A stretch of 64,000 bases of DNA. It comes from Trichosphaerium sp. ATCC 40318 (taxonomy: Eukaryota > Protista > Tubulinea). This document shows positions 1 to 12,438 of this stretch, piece after piece. Where the stretch lies: assembly GCA_038496445.1 (NCBI GenBank), contig JALMLS010000275.1:1-64000 (forward strand), given 5' to 3'. Position 1 is the first letter of the stretch. Each line of letters starts with the position of its first letter. Both the position numbers and the translations under genes were made by a program. Below the pieces are notes generated by a model. That model saw only the letters and a list, made by a program, of their open reading frames with translations. It ran no database searches and had not been told where the DNA came from.

Positions 1-975
1 TTATTTTTTACAAAAATGCCTAGTTTTTGCCTCATTCAAAAAGGCAAATACAGGGCAATGCCTTATTTTTTGCTCCAAAAATGCCTCATATTTGATGAAA
101 AATGCTTGCATCTGGTACACAAGATTGCAATGGTTTTGCCTGCATATTTTAAGGAATTATGCCTTCAAATTAGGGCATAACTCATGCATCAATGCCTTAT
201 TTTGAAGGCAAAAAGAAGGCATTATCATAGTCTACAGTGCCTAATAAACCAGGGCATTTTCAGGTAATAACACAATTATTTATTTTATAATACAGTACAC
301 ATACAATACACAAACTCCTAAGTCCACATTTGAAAAAACCTTAAAGAAAATATGAGATGGGGGAAAAAAAAAAAAAAACAAAAACTTACCTTGTAGTGTT
401 AGAATTCCGCGGTCCTGTAAATATCGCGGAGTTCACTCCTACTACTGTTGTAGGTGAAATAGGGTGCTGCGGTTCATTTGGCGGTGGTTTCGTCTAATTT
501 CATGAATTACTAAGAGCGCTAGATGCCTGTCTATATAAAACGTCAGTAGGTGATGTGAAAAAAAAAGTGTAAAAGTTGTTTGACTGTTACTTACCTTAAA
601 CCACTTCCTTAATGTGATCAGTCCTATGATATAGTATAGGCAATGCCTTATATATGGATTAAAATACAAGGCATATAATGCTTAAAAAAATAAAGCATAA
701 TAAAGGCATAAAGTACTTGCAATACAGGGCATTACTTGATTTTATGCAATGCCAAAAAATGCAATACAAGGCATTACCTGATTTTATGCAATGCCAAAAA
801 ATGCCCAAAAATGCCTGGTTTTAATGCCTTTTTGATGAAGGCATTGCCTTTTTGTAAAAATGCCTTACTTTATTGGGCAATGCCAAATGCAAATGCCTTG
901 ATTTTGCCATCAAATGCCAAATGTTAGGAATATGCATCATTTTTTAAGGCAATGCCTAGCTGAGTTTCAGCCCTG
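1..975. mobile_element. Non-autonomous TIR element (MITE), copy 1, truncated by the window start
   Basis: Near-identical to 18404-19377; ends in TGAGTTTCAGCCCTG at 961-975; many AATGCC/GGCATT subterminal motifs. Confidence 0.9.
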
Positions 976-1369
976 AACTTGGTAGAGTATACCACAAAAC
1001 CAAGTGTATTATACTGTGTAAAAACTGTTCTAAAAATAAAAACACATTTATTAATACATCTTTTTCAGGGCTGAAACTCAACAAGGCATTTTTGGACAAT
1101 GCCTAGGCATTTTCATCAAATAATGCCTTATTTTTTACAAAAATGCCTAGTTTTTGCCTCATTCAAAAAGGCAAATACAGGGCAATGCCTTATTTTTTGC
1201 TCCAAAAATGCCTTATATTTGATGAAAAATGCTTGCATCTGGTACACAAGATTGCAATGGTTTTGCCTGCATATTTTAAGGAATTATGCCTTCAAATTAA
1301 AGCATAACTCATGCATCAATGCTTTATTTTGAAGGCAAAAACATAGCTTAGTGTACACAATAATGCTTT

Positions 1370-1710
1370 ATATAAAAAAGCATGATAACTAAGTAAATGC
1401 CTTTATAAAAAAGGTATGTCAACTACTCAAATGCCTTTATATAAAAGGCATAACAACTACTTAAATGCTTTGATATAAAAGGTACAACAACTACTCAAAT
1501 GCTTTTAAAAAAAAGGTATGACAACTACTCAAATGCCTTTATATAAGAGGTACGACAACTACTCAAATGCCTTTTAAAAACATGCACAATAACTATCCAA
1601 ATGCCACTTAAAGCAAGGCACAACAACATTCTAAATGCCTTCAAAAAGAACGTATAATAACACAACAAATGCTTTATAAAAAAGGTATAATAACCTTGTT
1701 AATGCCTCAA
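1370..1710 (+). repeat. Subterminal tandem array of ~28-30-bp units (AAAAGGTAYRACAACTACTCAAATGCCTTT)
   Basis: About 11 degenerate head-to-tail copies visible; such arrays are typical of CACTA subterminal regions. Confidence 0.85.
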
Positions 1711-1806
1711 AAGAAACGTGTTAACAATAAAAAACAATTTATTACAAAACTCTAACAAATATGCTTTAACCACTAGTAGTGCTCATCGTCTATCCAAAAA
1801 ATTGTG

Positions 1807-4081
1807 TTAGCGTGTAAATTCAATATAGCCATCAGCTTCCATTACATTCAAGGCTTCAATGGTCATTTTATTGAGCTGAGCGTCAACTAAAGAAAGTAAG
1901 AAACAGATTTTTTGTAACCAATTAAACATACATTCAATGAAGTGCATGCGCAATGAAGCACCATTTGCTAGTACCATTTTTTTAAAAAATGTTTTAAGAG
2001 AGGACTTGCTCAACTGTTTCTTTTTGTTTGCAGCAAGGTGAGTAATAATGTTATATGTGCGATTCTATGTCAAAAGTAAATGTTCACTTGTGTGAATGGA
2101 AAAACAATGTACCCATTTAAAATCTGCGACTATAGAGTGGATGTAGCGCCCCATAATTTCTCCACTGTGTTTAATGTCTCCCAAAAAACATGGTGCTTTA
2201 ACTACACGAACTTCAAGACTGTCAATACCTGGCACAAGTTGCCGATAATCAATTACAGATGCTGTAAAATGCAAAATTTGTTCAACAGCAACGTAAGAAC
2301 CTATACAGTATTCAATATCAAACAAAAGAGCTGCCTTACAAAAAACAAAAATAGCTTCATCTTTCACAGCCACAATAGAAAACCACGAACTATAAAAAGA
2401 CGTTAAACAAAACAATTTAAAAATCCACCTACATGTTTCCTATACAATCATCAACTATGATTGCAGGGTCAATGACACGTTGTTCTCCATCACCAATAAC
2501 AAACAGCACCAAAGCAAACAAGAAATTTGTAGTGTAGTCTTCTGTCTAAAATAATAATAAGAGAATAAAAAACCAAATTTTATTGTGTACCAAGGGCTTC
2601 ATATCAGATAACGCACGATTCAAACCAACAATTTTGTGAGGAAAGATTGAAGTTTTTGATCTTACTTACATTAGTTTGTTAAGTATGATACTAACTGTGG
2701 TACTTTGCGTTCAAACTATCAATATAGCACTTCATTTGATTTCCATTGGGAGCACCATTAGAAGAATATAACCACACAAAATCGCTAAAGTGAAACTCTA
2801 AACCGTAACAAGACACTTTGTCTTGGAAAAATAATTTTTTTTGTTCCACAGACACAGCTAAACAAGCATTAGCATTTTACAACAGCTGATGTGCGTACAA
2901 CTGGCTGGTCTCACAACATCACGCTGTGGAGACGGTGGTAAAGACGGCGGTGGAGATGGTGGCAAAGACGGTGATAAATCAAGCCCTGATAAACTTGCGC
3001 TGTCTACAAAACCAGGAGATGTAGGTGGCGTGCAATCTATATTTAAGTGTTAACTAATAACAATGTATCTATTTTTTACCTTTGTTGCTTTGCACACTAG
3101 CTATCAGTTGGTCATACATGTCAACATGGTTCAAATTGTTGTTTTGTTTTGCAACGTATGCAGCGCTTAAATAAATAGTCAGGGAAAAAACTGCCAATTC
3201 TGATTTACGATGTACATGTGCGATTCTGCTTCAATGTAATTAAAGCGCTTTAATGCTATAGCAGCGTATTGGTTGTGGTGGTCATGAACCTGAGTCGGCG
3301 AGTATGTGTTCCAAATCTTATTAAACTAAACAGATATTAACAACCACAAAACAAAACAAAGTGTACAAATCGTCTAAACATCATAATTGTTTTTTCTGTT
3401 ACGTCATGTGGAAAGGAATAGTTGAAAAAATCATCTTCAACAACAGACTTGCAAATCTCCCCTACAAAAAAACATTACGGAGTAACTCCGGAGTGGTTTA
3501 TACGCACAAGCACCATCTGCACTAACATCTGGAATAGCCATTTTTGTTTTGTTTAAAATAAGTACAACACCAGCCTTGCATTCCCATAGAAATGTTTTGT
3601 GGCGGACAATAATAATACTGCGGACGCATTCAAACGGAATTGCATTTGCAAATTTGCTTACATTCCACAATGAAGCTAGTTCTGTGTTCAAAATGTGCAA
3701 TTTTTCTGCTGACTCAACAGCACCATTGCTCAACAAAAGCGCTATGCCTTTGGCAATTGCAAACGCCTATCTCAAAATCAAATTACATTGTTTGCTTTCT
3801 AGAAAATTCAGCTTACCTTGGCTTTTGGCGTTATTACCACATTGTCGGGCGTTGTTGTCACAGAATTTGCTAGTGCTTCCTCTAACTTTGCAATTTTTTC
3901 TTTTTGCTCAGTTATTATTTGCTGCACTGCTACCATGTCATTACGCAAAAGCCTAACAAGTAAGTTGGTCCAAGTTCAAACTCAGAATTATATCGTACTT
4001 CATAAAAGCCAGTACACCATTATTCACAGTGGTAGTATTGGATTGCTTGAGTCTTTTTGGGTTCGGAGGCAAGTCGGACAT
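1807..4081 (-). CDS. Transposon-borne multi-exon gene: coiled coil, OTU-like cysteine protease, Pro-rich linker, BAH-like domain, possible C-terminal winged helix (at least one lesion)
   Basis: MSDLPPNPKRLK start; MAIPDVSADGACAY (OTU DGxC-like); NNLNHVDMY (His box); SLPPSP repeats; GLEFHFSDFVWL..CYIDSL..CWFE..LFVIGDGEQRVIDPAIIVDDC (BAH pattern); in-frame TGA at 2604-2606. Confidence 0.6.
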
Positions 4082-4124
4082 GTTCGGAGACGTTGGATGA
4101 TGTATAAATTTTACTAATTTTGAC

Positions 4125-7100
4125 TCATTGTGAAATAACATGTTGGTAATAGTTAATAAGATAGATGCCGTCATCAGACGTTTTATACAATTGTGCTGGT
4201 TTGTACAGCATGCTCAAAGGTACACAAGCCATACTGTTTTGAGGTTCAACGCTATTCACAAAAAAATGAACAATAGTGCCAAAAGAATCTGATAGTTACA
4301 CGTACATAATCAAGTCGCTCACTTTGTCATAGCGCCTATGATCTAAAGATTTATAGTACCTAAGGGTTTTTTAGTGAAATATCTCAGATAAAATAGCTAC
4401 ATACTTTCCAAATACCAAAACAACAGATTTGTCTATAACACTTTGATATATTGCGTCAGTTTTAATGTAAATGCACTTTCTTTTTGTCTCTCTTTGAGCT
4501 AAGCGCCAAGTTTTAAACACTGTTTGAGTGGATGCTGATAGTTTCCAAGCACCATCAAGTGACTTGACAGTATTGAACAAAGCAAATTTGCCACAAAGAA
4601 TGTGTTTTGCGAGATATGGCAAAGTTGCATCTACACACAACTTTTGTTGATAAGATAAAGTGCTCGTTTTCTTTAAATACTCTAATAATCCAATTAAACG
4701 AGTCAAATAACATATCAAGCTTACTTAAGGACCATTTTGTTTGTTTTCGTTTATAAAAAGCTGGAGTAGAAACAATTGCATGTGTTTTATTGTTGTTTTG
4801 AATTTTCAAAGACAAGCACACCTCGTCAAACTTTCCATTGTAAGAAAGCAACAACCATGGAATCTCTTTGCTTCCAATATCCCTACATAAATTGTCAATG
4901 TACAAATTAAACAAGTACACTCAATACTGTATCTTATCATGATTTTTAGATGAGGCCTTCCAACTTCTAATGGTGGCATGCTTTGACTCACAAGCATACG
5001 TGCTTAAAAACAAGTAACCATTTCAAACATTAAAATGTACTTACCTAAAGTGTTTAAATACTCCGTACTTTCTACACATGTACTCATAATGATACGGCAC
5101 ATGGAAGTTTATTGTATTGGTGTTCAAATCTAAAACCAATGTGAGTGTTGTTAAATGTACTAAGTTCACGAATACCAGGAAAGCAAGTTCTGATTTTAAA
5201 CAATAGTCGCTTATAGTGGTCTGTCAACAGCTTTACTTGTTCTTCGTACAAATAATTTTTTTGTGTCAGTACTATATAAAACAACAATTCTTTCCTAAAG
5301 AGGGAAAAAAGTCAACACGTCTTGTTTGTTACACGTTACATACCACATTGTCATCAATTGCTTTGGTAATAGTTTACGAAATACCAAAGTAGACATTTGA
5401 AAAAAAGAACGCAAATCGACTCCATCCCAACTGTCTTTTATCAAGCACCCCTTGTCATTCCATACTGGTTTCATTCTAGCAAAGCAACATCAGCAATCAC
5501 ACGCTAACCAACTTTACTCACTTTCCCAAGCTTTTGTTTTGCTTTTTAATATAGCTGATTCTTCTTTGTATTTGTCGCCTGAAAAGGTTAGCTCCTTTCA
5601 ATTGTTCCATGCGATTTAATGTTTCAATAACAACCGTTTTGCCAATGCCCAATATAATATTGTGAAAAGGACAGTACGGCGAATCCAGAAAATAATCAAA
5701 GTTACATTTTAACAATTTACTAAAAGGAGACAAAAAGTCAGATAGCAAATTGTGTATTATTGAACTCACCTGCGCATTAACACTGTAACAAAGCTTAATG
5801 TGTTTAGAATATTGGTACTTTGACAGGTCATGCAAAGTTTCTCGTGTATTACGATATGCCGCAATCAGTGCGTTTGAGTCTTTGGTGTATTTAAAAGAAT
5901 CTTTTTCTGTGCGACATATTCTACACGGATGATAAGATGTAGGTGACATCATTGCTATTGATTGAATTAATAATCATTGATAAAATACCCAAAAACAGCT
6001 CACATATAAGTCAATTTGATCCTTGACTATCACCAAGTATCTTTGTCAATCGCAAATAAACTGTGTAGTACTATTTTCCATATGTAAGTGGAAAAAATAC
6101 ACTAAAATTGAAGTGAGTACCTTTTTCTCGCTTTTGATATAGCATCTCATTCCATTGTAGACTTTTAACAAATCTTGTACGACATGCTCCAATAAATCTT
6201 CTTCGTGATGACACTTCGGCAATACAGCTATCATCATTTTACCTGTGGTGCTAGCACTATTGGGCAAGTTCCAAACCACAAGGTACAATGGACCAAAGCT
6301 GTCCTTTTTATCATACGTGAAATCATCTTTGCTTATGTATGCTATTTGAATGTGAGTGTACAACTGTTAAAATAGTAAAACATTACCTGGAAGCAAAATG
6401 ACATTTTCTTTATCGGCTTGATACTTGTCAATGACATCACTAAAGACGTGTTTGATATGAGTTCCCGTTTCTGGTCCTTGAAGCACCTTTTTGACTTTTG
6501 TAGAGCCATCATCTTTTACAATGGATATTGTTGGTGACGTCGATGGTATACATTCTGCTATGCTATCTCGTGACGGCAAGTCGTATAGTGTTCTTTTAAT
6601 ATGCTCTGAAGGAGCAAAAAAAGGTATTGAGATGGTGGAAATTATTGCATTTGTTTTTTTAGCTCGCTTAGTAACTGCTATGCGTTTAGGTTTGAAGCTG
6701 GGTAAAAACTATGCCTGATTAATATAAAATAAAATGGCTAGCATCTTTATTGTACCTTTGTCTTAACGGTGTTAAACAAGGTAACCATAGAACACTTTAT
6801 TAATCCTGCAACAGCAAATTAAAAAATAGTACAACGTTAAAAAACACATACCTTCATCAGGTACACCAAATGAAGGTAGTACGGCATTGAATAACTTAAG
6901 GATTTTTTCACACAAGACTTTTGATAGCTTGTACTCCATTTTTAAAGCAAATAGCAGGTATCCAAACATCTCTTCTGAAGTTGCATCGGCTAATTTTGTC
7001 TTTGGCGCAAATGGTGGTGGAGTATTTTCTTGATTCAAAGCGCTTACATCTTTGCACATTAATGTACCACAATTTGTCCAATAAAAAACTTCATACCTAT

Positions 7101-7552
7101 TTCTTCATCATTCTTTGATTGTGAAGAGCAATCAGGATCTTCAATATTATAAAACATCTCTATATTATCGTAATCACCGTCACTACGCCAATCGTCAAAG
7201 AGTTCATCCTCGCTACTACTGGTACAATCATCAGAGCTATTCCAATCGCCCATATCACTATTTTGGTCACTTATTTCGTCCTCGTCTATGCTTTTTATGG
7301 TATTTTTTGCTGTAGTTGAGTAATATTCTATTTTCATGTCGTTTTCAGTGGCACCACCGCCTACATACAATAAAATGGTAAAAATTAGATGCTGTAGAAT
7401 AATGCGATAAAAATAGCACCTGAAAAATTGCTATGCCCATTACCAAGCGCTGCTGAATGATGCTTGTACATTTGTAGATGTCTAAACAAATAATATTTGC
7501 GATCATAAAAACGTTTACACTCTGCACAAAACACAACGTCACTGTTTGCCAT
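4125..7552 (-). CDS. EnSpm/CMC (Tnp2-like) DDE transposase with N-terminal C2H2 zinc finger; mildly degenerate
   Basis: MANSDVVFCAECKRFYDRKYYLFRHLQMYKHH; acidic tract; SKDDFTYDKKDSFGPLYLVVWNLP; LGDSQG; HPCRIC; CPFHNIILGIGK; DLRSFFQ..LP..W; CESKHATIR; in-frame TGA at 6011-6013 and 4921-4923. Confidence 0.85.
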
Positions 7553-7672
7553 CCGCAAGTCAGACTTTAGTTAATTGAAACTGTATTTGGTATGTTTAAG
7601 TTGTTTATTGCTTATACAATTTGCTTAACCTACATAAGAACAATTAATCAGTTACACCAATAGTAATGTACA

Positions 7673-10469
7673 TCAAACGCACAAGTTGTTGTCACCTAAT
7701 TTATCTTTCAAGTCGTCAGTGATTGAAAACACTGTTTTAAGTGTTGGAGATACTGTGAAATGCATTAAAGTGGAAAGAAAAACCAGTTTGATGTACCGTT
7801 TAGAATGTGGTTCATTTTTTTCCAGTGCAAAGTTTCTATTTTGATTATGTCTTCATCAGATAACGCAAGTTTGGAGCTTTGATCAGTGAAGACATCCAAA
7901 AATTGAGGACGAGGGTCACAACAAACACAATTAAGAACAAATCTGTTCTTTTTGCTTGTTGAACGTTTAACCTGTTGCTTGTTCGTTCTAAACACCACCA
8001 ATGGTTGTTCACCGTAATAAACCAAGCCATGTACATACCATCTCGTTATAATTCCAAGTTGTCGGTTGCCTACACTGATGAGCTGTGGTAAACCAATGTT
8101 TGTAAACATGCAATTGAGTGACGGGTAATTGCTAGTGATATTGTGGTGTACAAGATTGCATGGTGTAATAAAAAAAGTACAGCCTTCGTCTAAACCTGTA
8201 TTTGTTTCTTGTAGGCTTAATGATTTGTCAATCAAGGCCTTTAGGTTTTTACGCGAAATCTCTGTCGCAGTCGCATAAACAAGTGCCCAACCATCATAAA
8301 AAAACCTTAAAAAAAAACATTAACAATCACATTGTTGGAATTGGCTGCACTCTTTAGCAAACGTCTCTTTTTTAACCACCACTTTCAATCCCAATTCTTT
8401 GTGACCTTGAAAAGTACACCCTTTTTTTGCAATTAATCCCATTTCATTTAAACTAAAGGGACTCAGTCAAAACATTTAATAAAACACAAGCACCCGTCAA
8501 TGTTATATATTACTTTTGTTCCAGGTTGAATTTTAGTTGGTCCGTCTCCCGGTTTGGGCAATACAAATGGTGAGGAATGAAGCATATGTAAATTGGTTCG
8601 ACATCTTGGGTTGCGTGGGTCCACAATTAGAGAATGCGACATTGTTTGTTTGTGGTGACAATAATCATCACTGCTCAAGCATGATAGAAATATTTGTTTA
8701 TCAATTGCCAGGGAATTGATGTTAAGTTCAGCGTTTATAAAATGCCTAACTATTAGAAAGAAGTATCTAACTCCTTTTGGCACTTTAACTGAAACAGAGT
8801 GTCTTACTACTCCTGTTTAGTGCCCAAACAAAATTTGTACCACCGGTTTGAATAAAGTCAGTGTCTATTTGAAGTTTTGGTTAAGTTTGACGCTGTTAAA
8901 TGCGACGTACTTGTCTTTATAACAATGTTCTTGGTAGGTTTTTTAGCATTTTTCCGAGTTCTTATCATAAAACCAAAGCATGTGATTCCGCAAACGTTAT
9001 GAAGTTGCCCTTTATCCCCATCCATGTGCATGGTTAAATGAGATTCTCCTTGTGACCATTCCTTCAAATAATAAGTACCATTTTAAAACTAGTAACTTAC
9101 TTACTTTGAGTTCTACAACAATGTTCTTTGCATCGCCATTAAAATATTTTGCTGTCGTTGTCATATTGTCGTGTGCTTTAAAAATAGGCGCCAACAACGC
9201 CTTTCTCTCCGCATCCAATTTGATTGGTACTTTAATCTCTGAATGGCCTTGTAACTTTTCTAATACCAAAAAAAGTGAACAATAGAGATTAATACAACCG
9301 CGTATACCTGAAAATGGAGTTACAGAAGTGACAGTGCCGTACATCTGACTTTTATAGTTTCTCATTATGTTTGCTTCCCATAAATCACCTGGCTTAGACC
9401 AATACTACTAAGATTAGCTCGACACTTGTATTGTTCTTCCACGCACATTGTATTTGAGTTCATTGGTTGCAGTTACAGCAAATTGTTTACAAGCCTCGAG
9501 CAAACCTCCAAATAAACAACACTTGGACAGCTGTATGTTGTGAACAGACTTTTGCCAAGGTATGTTCAACAACATACATTTTTTTTGTGTACAACATTCT
9601 GTTAAAACAGTTTTTACTTCCGGTTCATTATCTAAACAACCTTTTTGTTTTACTACCAACAAAATTAGTACAAACAACTAACAATTAATGTAATGCCACT
9701 GCTTACCTGGATCTGCATAGTCTGAAGAAGGTGGCATGGTACCGGCAAGGCAATTAAACGCTGTATTCAAATCCTCATTGGAGAAAAACTTTTTTAAGGT
9801 ACGGCCACAACGTTTGTTATTTGGTTGTTTATTGGATTTTGTCGCTATAGATAAAAAACAATCACTAAAATGCCTTTCAAGTTCAGGTACCTAGCCTCTT
9901 CTTTTGTAGTTTAAAAGCCATGCGCACCAAGGCTGTACAAGATATGTTGTGGTGTTTGCCTTTCAGTCTTGCTTTGATAAACTATAAGCTCATTAAATCA
10001 AAGTATGGTACCTCATTGATATTTCGCCACATTCGTCGTGTTGGCTGTTCTACATTTGGAGGCATGATGTTACCAACAATCCACTCTGTATGTGTATCAG
10101 ACAAACACTTCAATTTTATTGTAACATCTGTAGTCCATGACTCTGTTATCACTCCAGCTCCTTCATTGACGATGGCAGCTTCCAAAACAGCCTCCAGATT
10201 GGAAAAAGCCTTTTGAATATCATTTTGTGCTTTGTTTCTTGTTAGCGCATCTGAATTTACAGCCTGAAATATGAGTTATGACTACTGGTTATAAATTTTG
10301 TTACGTGCCTGTGTGTTATTCTTGATGTCATTCACATGGCATGTCACACTCATTTTTGTGAGTCTCTTTTTATCACGTGTTTGTGACACGTTAGAATTTG
10401 TTCTCTTTCTACAGATTTATTAGTAACAAATCAAAAGCCTGTGTACCTCTTAGCTCTATTATGATTCAT
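7673..10469 (-). CDS. Transposon-borne AlkB-like 2OG-Fe(II) dioxygenase fused to a probable SRA-like domain
   Basis: Spliced EWSQGESHLTMHMDGD..VCGITCFGFMIR..IVIKTNTDFIQTG..GVVRHSV..GVRYFFLIVR gives HxD...H...R..R; then PGTKVIYNIDGLNEMGLIAKKGCTFQGHKELGLKVVVKK..GWALVYATATEISRKNLKALIDKS; one frameshift near 8817. Confidence 0.65.
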
Positions 10470-11109
10470 TATGGTGTTGTTGTTTAAGTGTTGCCTTAAC
10501 CTAAATCAATCTAAGCAAAACGTGGTACGCCATTCAACAAAACAACAAAAAAAAAAATTGGAAAAACCATTTTAATGTACCAACAAGATAATTCACTGCA
10601 AGAATAACGACGCCGTTTGAAGTGTATTTCACGGAAGGTGAAAAAAAAAAATTGGAAAAACACATTTTTTTGTTTTTAATGGGTTTGAGCGCTGTTTCTA
10701 TGTGTAAAAATCGTAATGATGCCAAAAAAAAAAAAAAAACTGAAAGGTTTTTTTGACAATATGTCAACGGGCTCAAAATAACAAGAAATTAGCAATTGGT
10801 GCGACTGTACCTAAAATACACGCAAAATCTTCTTTTATGTCTTTGGTTCGTTGTAAATACTAAATACCGGTTAGGAAAATATGAGATGAACAGGATATGC
10901 TTTTAAATTATGTATGATGCCGTCTAATAAAGGAAAAATCAAGGTACAGAAAAGAATTTATGGTGGCAAATAGAAGACATAACGTACGTTTAGCAACTTG
11001 AGCTATCAACATGTTTATTTACCTTTCTCAAAAGATTCAAATCCAGTACCATTTGAAAAAAAAGCTCAAGGAAAAAATAAAGCACGCTTTAATTCAAACA
11101 TCCACAGCT

Positions 11110-12076
11110 TTATTAACAGGCATTCGGCAGCACGTTTTGTTCATTCACACTTGTAAGTCACAAGTATTCCATCCACAAAGCTTAATCATAAAAAACACAT
11201 TAGTCTGGTGTTCACTTTACATACGTTCTAATATAATTTTTAAGTCGCCTGTGGCAATTTTCTACCTAATTAGTTAATATATGAGTTGGTGGATAGGTAC
11301 AAAGGTGAGCGTACTAAAACAGGCGACATTACAAAAAATTGCTCAATTTGATAATCTACGCCAGAAAGACTTACTCCAGGTACTTTACAGGATCGCATTC
11401 AACAGATATGTATCGGAAATGGTTCAGCGGATGGTCGACCAGCCGTATGCACATAACACCTGAACTTTCACGTTTTTGAACCACTTTGCTGTTTTAAAAC
11501 TAGTCATTTAATTATATCAAACAAAAGTAGCGTTTGCACTAACATATTCTCACAGCAACTACGAAGCACACAAGAGTTCTCAAAAAGGTCAATAGCGCAT
11601 AGCAAGGATGGTTATAGTATTTACAGTTTACACGCTATAACTAAATCAGTGGCGTTGGTAGACTACGAGTACGCGCGCTAGCATCTTGAACATTGCCCAA
11701 GATTAATCTGTTGTGTAATAGGATAATGTCCAAATGACAACAACCAGCAAGGGGAATGCACTTTGTGGCCTCCTTTGATAGTTAACTATAATTTACTGCT
11801 TTTCTCCTTAGCCGTCTGTTTAGGTACTATAATGAACAACCCAGACAAGGAAACCACTTGTAACATCAATCAACTATGTTGGTTCATTGTTGCGCCAAAA
11901 CCTGCGCCAGGTACGCTACCTTCATCTCATGTACATACTAATGGCTGATAAAGTGTATTCGCTTTGAGTGGCTCGACACAGAATGGTACGAAACAGCTCC
12001 ATGACATGTTATACTAACAGATTAAAGGCCTAACGATGCTTTGATCTTCTTTGATGGTTCAGCTAAACATAAAAGG
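11110..12076 (+). pseudogene. Captured fragment of a CUB-domain protein gene
   Basis: GTIMNNPDKETTCNINQLCWFIVAP..IKCIRFEWLDTE..PNDALIFFDGS fits the CUB consensus; introns retained; 5' boundary approximate. Confidence 0.55.
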
Positions 12077-12438
12077 TAAGTACGACAATTTTTGCGTGAA
12101 AAAAAAACCCACAAAAATTAGTTTTAGCCAAAAGAAAGTACTGTAAGTCGTTGTTCTTATTGTAGCGTTTGCTCAGCGACAATATTGGATTTAGTACTCC
12201 TTAAAGATCCAGGAGCTGTATGTAATGATGGATCACAAGCCGGGTAAAATTTAACACGTACAAATTTCGTTGTCAAATACTCGATCAACTGTATTTCGCG
12301 ATAGTCCACGTGTAATCACAAGTATGTTTCATTCGCATTATCTAAGCTCAATTATTTAATTTTCGATTCTGTCGCACCTTGTACGCTTCACAAATCCTTC
12401 AACATAACACAAGCTTTCTGACTTTTTTTTCTCCATAG

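Noticed and set aside
442-1332. Short ORFs repeated at 18376-19329
   Set aside because: They recur only because the MITE is duplicated; no protein-like features.
1370-1710. CRISPR-like array
   Set aside because: Units are contiguous and degenerate with no unique spacers; eukaryotic context, no cas genes; explained as subterminal repeats.
2604-6013. TGA reassigned to an amino acid
   Set aside because: Host genes use TGG for Trp and PABP ends in TGA; in-frame TGAs are confined to transposon and pseudogene sequence.
8740-9130. TET/JBP assignment for the dioxygenase
   Set aside because: Spacing and the terminal R..R strand look more AlkB-like; not excluded without an HMM search.
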